The notes under the pieces: model-generated | The model's database searches: none | The model's input: the letters and a program-made list of their open reading frames with translations, nothing else | Told to the model about the DNA's origin: nothing | NCBI GenBank assembly: GCA_965198175.1 | Contig: OZ240245.1 | Span: forward strand, 128,001 to 192,000 | Length of the DNA stretch: 64,000 nucleotides | Reading direction: 5' to 3' | Source of the DNA: Candidatus Poribacteria bacterium | GTDB lineage: Bacteria; Poribacteria; WGA-4E; PCPOR2b | In this document: positions 57,944-64,000 of the stretch, piece after piece | Numbering within the stretch: position 1 is the first letter of the stretch | Layout of the letters: each line of letters begins with the position of its first letter | Translations under genes and position numbers: made by a program

Positions 57944-58831
57944 TTAGGGAGCATCTGCACCGAGAAGTCCCTTTTCTATCAACTCAAAAGTGAAAGATCT
58001 GAGCAGGTACATCGGTTCCTGATTTACGGTTACTGGAATCATTTGGCTGTATTGATATTTAACGACGCCAACATTGGGAACGACCCAGTATTTTGCCGGT
58101 TCATATCTGGCAACTTCCAGTTGAGACGGATCAGTCGTAGATTGTTTAACAGCCTTTTCCTCCGACAAACCCACAATCTCCTCTTCAATCAGGTATGCAT
58201 CGTAATCGCCATCGGGAACCGTCACGGGAACATCTTCATCAAGGACACGACGGATTACGTGGGCGGTCGGCTCAGTCACCTTCTCAAGCACAGTCCACGC
58301 TTTGCCTGTCTTCAATGGAAAATCCCAGAGTCGGTACGGGGTAAAGTGTTTCAGATGGAGAACCCTTGAAGGAAGGATAACATCAAATGCGGATTCGATT
58401 TGAGCCTGTGACGTTTTCAGAAAATAGGTCGCAAAGATTGGTTGTACAATCCGTATATTGGACTGAAAAAAGTAGACGGCGTTTGCAGTAAGGTGATCGA
58501 TAGGTTCACGGCTGACGCTGTCAGGGTCTCCGGGAATTCCTATTTCGCTGATAGTCATCTGCCGATGGGTCAATCCTTCAACATCTCGGGTGTTCTCAAT
58601 TCTCAAAGTGAATTCCTGACCGTCATCCACATTTACATAACTCCAAGCAGAGCCGTTGTTGGTGGGAAAATTCACGGCGCGGAGTCCTTCGCTGGAAGGC
58701 GGAGAATCGTCCACGTCATCGTGCGGATCTATCAGCCCTTCCTCGCCACAGCCTAGACTGAATTGCAGCAGGAGACCAACAAGCACCACCCAGCGCATTG
58801 GAACGAGAAGTATAGTCGCATATTTTGTCAT
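57944..58831 (-). CDS. Lipoprotein (DUF3108-like beta-rich)
   Basis: Lipobox 'FSLGC', 'FPTNNGSAWSY', 'FPLKTGKAW', 'VTVPDGDY', 'YWVVPNVGVVK'. Confidence 0.7.
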   Translation of the reverse strand: MTKYATILLVPMRWVVLVGLLLQFSLGCGEEGLIDPHDDVDDSPPSSEGLRAVNFPTNNGSAWSYVNVDDGQEFTLRIENTRDVEGLTHRQMTISEIGIPGDPDSVSREPIDHLTANAVYFFQSNIRIVQPIFATYFLKTSQAQIESAFDVILPSRVLHLKHFTPYRLWDFPLKTGKAWTVLEKVTEPTAHVIRRVLDEDVPVTVPDGDYDAYLIEEEIVGLSEEKAVKQSTTDPSQLEVARYEPAKYWVVPNVGVVKYQYSQMIPVTVNQEPMYLLRSFTFELIEKGLLGADAP

Positions 58832-58920
58832 CTATAAGATTCCCTTCGTTTTAACGAGGCAGATTCCCGACTGCCGCGAGTCAAGAAAAGCCTATCGCAC
58901 TCGCTATTCGATCGCTTGAT

Positions 58921-58941
58921 CGATTCGGAGATTGCTCCTAC
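58921..58941 (-). repeat. REP-like GTAG palindrome, copy 2 (overlaps the stop codon of the protease gene)
   Basis: Minus strand GTAGGAGCAATCTCCGAATCG, one mismatch to copy 1. Confidence 0.65.
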
Positions 58942-61334
58942 TTCAGGATGGTCATTTTCTGCGTATCAACAGAATCGCCCGCCCTTAAGCTGTAGAAATA
59001 GATGCTACTCGCAGCACGCTCACCTGTACTAGTGCGCCCATCCCAATAGGCTGCCTCTCCTTGCTTGATGTACCGTCCTCGCACTTTCACACCGAGATCT
59101 AAGGTACGAACCAACTGACCAGTGATATCGTAGATTTCAATCGAAACAGGTGTATCCTCTGCCAATTCGTAAGGGATCCAAACGTCTGGATTGAAGGGGT
59201 TAGGGTAACTTTGGAGCAAGCGGGTGTGTAGCGGCGGTGCAGCAGTGGTATTCGGCGGAGTAAAGGCGGGTGTGATACCTAGTACATCAATGCTTGGCGT
59301 TCCCATGAGACCGATAGTATTGACTGGAACTACAGCGTAATAATAGCGCGTATTCTGCGGATCGAAACGAGAATCTTCGACATCAATGTCTTGAAATATG
59401 GTCATGTCTTCAAAGCTGGTGTCGGTCGCATTGACGCGCCCGACAATATTGATATCGCCTTCAGAGATACCGTCGCCATTTCGATCCGCGGCAACCAAGA
59501 CTTCTGATGTATCTTGGAACGGCTGCGGGCTATCATTATCCTGTATAGATGTATACCGTTTTCGAACAATGACGACTTCCCGAATATCGGTCAGATCTTG
59601 AAGTGTCCATTGAACTAACACACCACCGTCGCTCGCTTGTGACACAGTGGGAGTAGAAAGCCCGCCAGCGGGTGGACGACCTGCCATATAGTTCACCGAT
59701 CCACCAAAGGATGCTGGAACGAAACGTCCTCGCACAGATTGTCCCCCCGGAATAATGACCTGTTCAACATCTGGACGTACATTGATTAGGATTAACGTAA
59801 TCTTTTCGATCGCCCCCCCAAAATCTTTGAACGTGATTTGGGCTTCTTGGGAACGATGATAGGTCAATGCTTCTCGAACTTCAGTTGTCCCATCCCGCTT
59901 TTCGACGACAAACTTCGCCCCCCAGCCGCGCAATCCGGTGACTTCATGCCGATCTAACTCCCGTTGAATAGCGTCTCGATCTCCCGCAGAAACCTCGTTC
60001 ATATCGATTGGGGCGAGATCTGCACCATTAACCTTTATTGCAAATTCGTCTATGACGCCATCGGGCTCGAAAACGATATAGCGGGCTGAGAAGGGCTCGG
60101 GCATTGACTCCGAATCGAAGTCTATACGCACGGGGTAGTGCTGATGTACATCGCTGGGATGGATAGCAACAGGCGGGAACCGATGACCGTTGAAATAGTG
60201 CTTCCCATCATCCCGATTATGCGTGAAGTAATTCCATTCGGTGAACGTCTTAAATGCTTCAACAAGCGATGTGCCGCGATTCCTGAAGACGCCTTCGAAG
60301 TTGCCATACTCGCGGTACGAGCCTTCGGTGGCGCCACCGTAAAATTGCCTGACTATATCGACGCCGAACCGCTCTGTCATGTAAAATACAAAAATCACAG
60401 ACCCGTATTCATGGTCGCCGACCCGATTTCTGAGGGCGATGTCCGGTTGAAGAAACCAACGGCGCAACTGACCAGAATAGTAGTTGTAAGAGTCAGTCTC
60501 ACCGATCTCGTCAGGGTCCGGAATGTCGTCAAGATCGTCAATCAACCCGCCGTCGTATACCTTTGATTCTGACCATGTCGCTGACGCCTCCATAAACCAT
60601 GTCGGCATCAGCGCGTTGTAAGCATACTGCACACCGTGAAAAAACTCATGTGCGCACGTCGTTTCAATAAACCGAACGGCTTCCGACTTTCCGAAATACA
60701 GGTGCATGCGTGAGTTGATTGCGAACCATGGAGCGGTGGTTACAACTGTCGACAATACACGTCCATAACTGCTGCTGCTTACTGTCACACCGAGTGCACC
60801 GAACGTAAACAGGTATACGTCGTATTTATGATTGCCTCCATTTTGCTTAACCCAAAAGTCATCGAGCGGTGGCTTATAACCCATCAATTCTATCTGGACA
60901 TGAAATGAGCGCTCCAGCGCATCCGCGCAGATATCAACATAATCGGGAACACCGTTCATCGGTTGGAAGTCGTCGGGCGGTGGCGCGTGGCGACCAACCG
61001 TGGTGTAGTGGAGTCGGAAGTGCGGCGTGTCAAACTTTTTGGGGAGATAGACGGATCCAAAGAGGCTTCCGGGCAAACCAGGTCTAAGGAAAATACCCTG
61101 AAATTCCCTTTGATAGATTGCTGGAAGGTGATGCCAATTTGCAGCAAGGATATTTAAGCTGTCGGTGAAGCACTCTTCGAGTTCGGTGGAAGTATAACTC
61201 GTTTTGAGGTTAATGTACTTTCGAGCGTCTCGAATTGCGCTGTACAACTCCGGATCGGGAGGGAGCGCATCAACAGATAACGCCGTAAGTCCAAAAATGC
61301 CGATAATTGATAAAACCAGTAAGCGCAATGTCAT
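58938..61334 (-). CDS. Secreted zinc metalloprotease (MXAN_6640-like) with C-terminal FlgD-Ig/T9SS-like sorting domain
   Basis: Signal peptide, 'HFRLHYT', 'NGVPDYVD', 'AHEFFHGVQYAY...WFMEASATW'. Tail 'LLQSYPNPFNPDVWIPYELA...WDG...YFYSL.AGD...KMTILK'. Confidence 0.85.
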   Translation of the reverse strand: MTLRLLVLSIIGIFGLTALSVDALPPDPELYSAIRDARKYINLKTSYTSTELEECFTDSLNILAANWHHLPAIYQREFQGIFLRPGLPGSLFGSVYLPKKFDTPHFRLHYTTVGRHAPPPDDFQPMNGVPDYVDICADALERSFHVQIELMGYKPPLDDFWVKQNGGNHKYDVYLFTFGALGVTVSSSSYGRVLSTVVTTAPWFAINSRMHLYFGKSEAVRFIETTCAHEFFHGVQYAYNALMPTWFMEASATWSESKVYDGGLIDDLDDIPDPDEIGETDSYNYYSGQLRRWFLQPDIALRNRVGDHEYGSVIFVFYMTERFGVDIVRQFYGGATEGSYREYGNFEGVFRNRGTSLVEAFKTFTEWNYFTHNRDDGKHYFNGHRFPPVAIHPSDVHQHYPVRIDFDSESMPEPFSARYIVFEPDGVIDEFAIKVNGADLAPIDMNEVSAGDRDAIQRELDRHEVTGLRGWGAKFVVEKRDGTTEVREALTYHRSQEAQITFKDFGGAIEKITLILINVRPDVEQVIIPGGQSVRGRFVPASFGGSVNYMAGRPPAGGLSTPTVSQASDGGVLVQWTLQDLTDIREVVIVRKRYTSIQDNDSPQPFQDTSEVLVAADRNGDGISEGDINIVGRVNATDTSFEDMTIFQDIDVEDSRFDPQNTRYYYAVVPVNTIGLMGTPSIDVLGITPAFTPPNTTAAPPLHTRLLQSYPNPFNPDVWIPYELAEDTPVSIEIYDITGQLVRTLDLGVKVRGRYIKQGEAAYWDGRTSTGERAASSIYFYSLRAGDSVDTQKMTILK

Positions 61335-61421
61335 CTTGTTCACGCTATCTTCTCTAAGGAAGAATGTTTGTCTAACCAATTCTTGAGCTATTGAAGTTAA
61401 ACTTCAAATAGTTACACAGAC

Positions 61422-62198
61422 TCAAGTTATCATGCCTTCCCAGGGGCTTGATGCGGACGCATAGAGCTTTCTTGGGATGCGCCCAGCTAAAAACGCCAGA
61501 TGTCCAGCTTCAATCGCTTTCCTCATGGCTTCTGCCATCAACACTGGATGACGCGCCTTGGCAACTGCGGTATTGAGCAAAACGCCATCGCATCCGAGCT
61601 CCATTGCAACGGTTGCATCCGAGGCAATTCCCACGCCGGCATCGACGATGAGGGGAAGGCTAACCCTGTCGCGAATGATCTGGATGTTGTAGGGGTTGCG
61701 AATCCCCATTCCTGAACCGATAGGCGCCCCCAAAGGCATGACAGCCGCACATCCCAGGTCCTCGAGTTTCTTGCAGGTGATTGGATCGTCGTTACAGTAC
61801 GGCAGCACAGTGAATCCGTCTTTGACCAACGTTGCGGCTGCGGATAGCAATTGTTCAACATCGGGAAACAGCGTCTGTTCGTCACCGATGACTTCCAACT
61901 TGATGAGATTCGTTTCGAGCGCTTCCCGTGTTAATTGAGCGGTCAGTATCGCCTCCTTTGCTGTATAACAGCCCGCAGTGTTCGGCAAGATAGTATATCC
62001 GCACTTGTGAAGCATATTAAACAGATTCTCTTCGGCGCCTGATAACTTCACCCGCCGGAGGGCAACTGTGACCATTTCTACACCAGCTATTTCAAGTGCG
62101 CGAAGCATCACATCGAAATTTGGGTAACCCGAAGTCCCCATGATTAATCGGGATTGATAAACGGTGTCGCCAATTTTGAGTCCATTCATCTCTTGCAT
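61422..62198 (-). CDS. thiG: Thiazole synthase
   Basis: 'SRLIMGT', 'VTVALRR', 'LPNTAGC', 'IKLEVIGD', '[12 protein letters not shown]', 'VDAGVG', 'LLNTAVA'. Confidence 0.96.
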   Translation of the reverse strand: MQEMNGLKIGDTVYQSRLIMGTSGYPNFDVMLRALEIAGVEMVTVALRRVKLSGAEENLFNMLHKCGYTILPNTAGCYTAKEAILTAQLTREALETNLIKLEVIGDEQTLFPDVEQLLSAAATLVKDGFTVLPYCNDDPITCKKLEDLGCAAVMPLGAPIGSGMGIRNPYNIQIIRDRVSLPLIVDAGVGIASDATVAMELGCDGVLLNTAVAKARHPVLMAEAMRKAIEAGHLAFLAGRIPRKLYASASSPWEGMIT

Positions 62199-62335
62199 CT
62201 TGTACAGATCCCTGAGCGCATTCACGCAACGATAGATAGCGCATTTTCAGAAAGTGGGCAACCTCCACAAGTCTGTCAAAGCAGACCACGATTGGATACA
62301 ATCAAACAAACTGATAAAAGAGGGTAGCGTCTCAT

Positions 62336-63640
62336 CATCAAATAGTTAGAAGTTTCTTAGAAAGAAGAACATGCCAATTGCAAAGATTACCGTGATCGCT
62401 CCCATCACCAAATTAAAAACACAGGAAATCATATTTGTAGGTACGGACGAAATGCGGAAATACTCGTTCATCGCATTGACAACTTCTCTGAGCACAGGTT
62501 GGTGCGCGCGTTGTTTAACCTTGATAATGCCCGTTCCCATCCACGACTGAACAGACACTTGCAGGTCGGCTTCAACAGATGTAAGCCGTATTACGGAGAG
62601 ACTCTCTTCGTAGGAGAACTCTAGTTTCTGGAGAGCCGCTAGCAGCGCCTCACGAAACGACGTATCTGTAACGCCGTACGCCGTGTAACCCTTTAGTTGA
62701 TAGTACATCATTAGAAGAAGAGGCCCAATTATAAGAGGGGTTACCCAATTTATGGGGTTGAAACTGCTTGGTAACGATAACGAGAAGTTCAGTAGAATTA
62801 TTGGAATGAAAACAACGAACAAAATCGACAGCCACCATCTATTTGAAATTAAGAAAGGCCGCTTTGTCAAGATGCCCCGAAGCCCAGTGGTCGAGGAGAA
62901 TATTGCCATAATTCCAAGCAGTATTGGAAACATCAGGTCGTAGAAATCTAGTTGCATGTTCTTTCTTATCCTCTCTCCAAAACGCCAAACACAATGAAAG
63001 AACGGAAGCGTTTCGGCATCAAATAGTCAGAAATTGCTTCGAAGGAAGAACATGCCAATTGCGAGGATAACTACAATCGCTCCCATCACCAAATCAAAAA
63101 CACAGGAAATCATATTTGTAGGTAGGGACGAAATGCGGAAATACTCGTTCATCGCATTGACAACTTCTCTGAGCACAGGTTGGTGCGCGCGTTGTTTAAC
63201 CTTGATAATGCCCGTTCCCATCCACGACTGAACAGACACTTGCAGGTCGGCTTCAACAGATGTAAGCCGTATTACGGAGAGACTCTCTTCGTAGGAGAAC
63301 TCTAGTTTCTGGAGAGCCGCTAGCAGCGCCTCACGAAACGACGTATCTGTAACGCCGTACGCCGTGTAACCCTTTAGTTGATAGTACATCATTAGAAGAA
63401 GAGGCCCAATTATAAGAGGGGCTACCCAATTTATGGGGTTGAAACTGCTTGGTAACGATAACGAGAAGTTCAGTAGAATTATTGGAATGAAAACAACGAA
63501 CAAAATCGACAGCCACCATCTATTTGAAATTAAGAAAGGCCGCTTTGTCAAGATGCCCCGAAGCCCAGTGGTCAAGGAGAAGATTGCCATAATTCCAAGC
63601 AGAACAGGCAACATAATTGAAATCATCAGGTCGTAATATT
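62336..63640. repeat. Direct tandem duplication with a period of about 681 bp
   Basis: Both units begin with CATCAAATAGT (62336 and 63017). The central roughly 500 bp are almost identical and the ends diverge. Confidence 0.9.
62346..62957 (-). CDS. Four-TM membrane protein, tandem duplicate copy A
   Basis: 203 aa, nearly identical to 63027-63650. Confidence 0.8.
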   Translation of the reverse strand: MQLDFYDLMFPILLGIMAIFSSTTGLRGILTKRPFLISNRWWLSILFVVFIPIILLNFSLSLPSSFNPINWVTPLIIGPLLLMMYYQLKGYTAYGVTDTSFREALLAALQKLEFSYEESLSVIRLTSVEADLQVSVQSWMGTGIIKVKQRAHQPVLREVVNAMNEYFRISSVPTNMISCVFNLVMGAITVIFAIGMFFFLRNF

Positions 63641-63650
63641 CAGGCTTCAT
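63027..63650 (-). CDS. Four-TM membrane protein, tandem duplicate copy B
   Basis: AAGGAGG RBS, 207 aa, nearly identical to 62346-62957. Confidence 0.8.
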   Translation of the reverse strand: MKPEYYDLMISIMLPVLLGIMAIFSLTTGLRGILTKRPFLISNRWWLSILFVVFIPIILLNFSLSLPSSFNPINWVAPLIIGPLLLMMYYQLKGYTAYGVTDTSFREALLAALQKLEFSYEESLSVIRLTSVEADLQVSVQSWMGTGIIKVKQRAHQPVLREVVNAMNEYFRISSLPTNMISCVFDLVMGAIVVILAIGMFFLRSNF

Positions 63651-63721
63651 GTTCTTTTCCTCCTTGCAACCAAATACAGTTGCGACGGGGGGTTCCGATA
63701 AAGGTTTCCAACGCCCGTCCA

Positions 63722-63955
63722 TCAATCGGAACGGCGGGTTAGATGCTTCGCATCATCCATTACTTTTAATACGAATCGCAAAGCTTCATTCACAGCTTCG
63801 TCATTGGGAAAAGCGGCGGCAACATCTGGAGCGAGACGGACAATGTTTGTACCGGCGGCATATTGCTGAGCATATTTCCCACGAATCCCATCTTTCAACA
63901 ATGTTTCGTCGTACTCGGTACGTAATTCGTCATTAGGTGCGGTTATGTCAGCCAT
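63722..63955 (-). CDS. BrnA-like antitoxin
   Basis: 'DELRTEYD...GIRGKYA...LAPDVAAAFPNDEAVNEALR'. AAGGAG RBS lies inside the upstream toxin gene. Confidence 0.8.
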   Translation of the reverse strand: MADITAPNDELRTEYDETLLKDGIRGKYAQQYAAGTNIVRLAPDVAAAFPNDEAVNEALRFVLKVMDDAKHLTRRSD

Positions 63956-64000
63956 TTTCGTATATTCTCCTTTCTCGACGCTTGGCTTCGCGGGCACTGA
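63948..64000 (-). CDS. BrnT-family toxin, C-terminal fragment (runs off the window)
   Basis: Minus strand reads ...SAREAKRRERRIYENG*, the typical BrnT 'ISARxAxxxERxxYE' ending. Overlaps the antitoxin start. Confidence 0.75.
   Translation of the reverse strand, partial: SAREAKRRERRIYENG

Overview
This is a 64-kb, gene-dense bacterial chromosomal segment of moderate GC content. It most resembles Candidatus Poribacteria. That assignment is an inference from the repeated C-terminal 'AVxPxGKLATTWxxIK' tails on secreted LamG proteins, a 'YPNPFNPxxWIPY' FlgD/T9SS-like tail, and microcompartment genes. I saw no rRNA, tRNA or CRISPR array. Main blocks in order: VWA/membrane proteins; a NUDIX-eIF2B-like fusion next to an NtrY-type kinase; an ABC substrate-binding protein; LamG proteins next to a large outer-membrane lipoprotein-ExbB-ExbD-ExbD operon; an orphan Wzc-like protein with a degenerate Walker A; a nonsense-broken phoB-like gene with an intact Pho box beside a complete 818-bp IS5-family element; and a three-gene BMC satellite (BMC-H, pduL, unknown). 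Next is a type I R-M system (hsdR, hsdS, hsdM) spread over about 12 kb and interleaved with cargo genes: Fic, an ECF sigma/beta-clamp paralog/QLWLF-peptide operon, a TIM-barrel isomerase, a small DNA methyltransferase and an antitoxin with a toxin stub. After that come a rhodanese-PTPS-folE-sepiapterin-reductase-like (tetrahydrobiopterin) operon, two CNNM/CorC genes, a frameshifted eda, a Ser/Thr kinase, an HpcH aldolase, a secreted metalloprotease, thiG, a recent tandem gene duplication and a BrnTA-type toxin-antitoxin pair at the right edge. The best candidate for an undescribed system is the operon at 38873-40924. It encodes an ECF sigma factor ending in ...IEDLF, a stand-alone DnaN (sliding clamp) paralog, and a translationally coupled 96-aa protein carrying a canonical clamp-binding motif (QLWLF), which suggests sliding-clamp-coupled transcriptional control. 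All family assignments come from reading motifs by eye; no searches were run.
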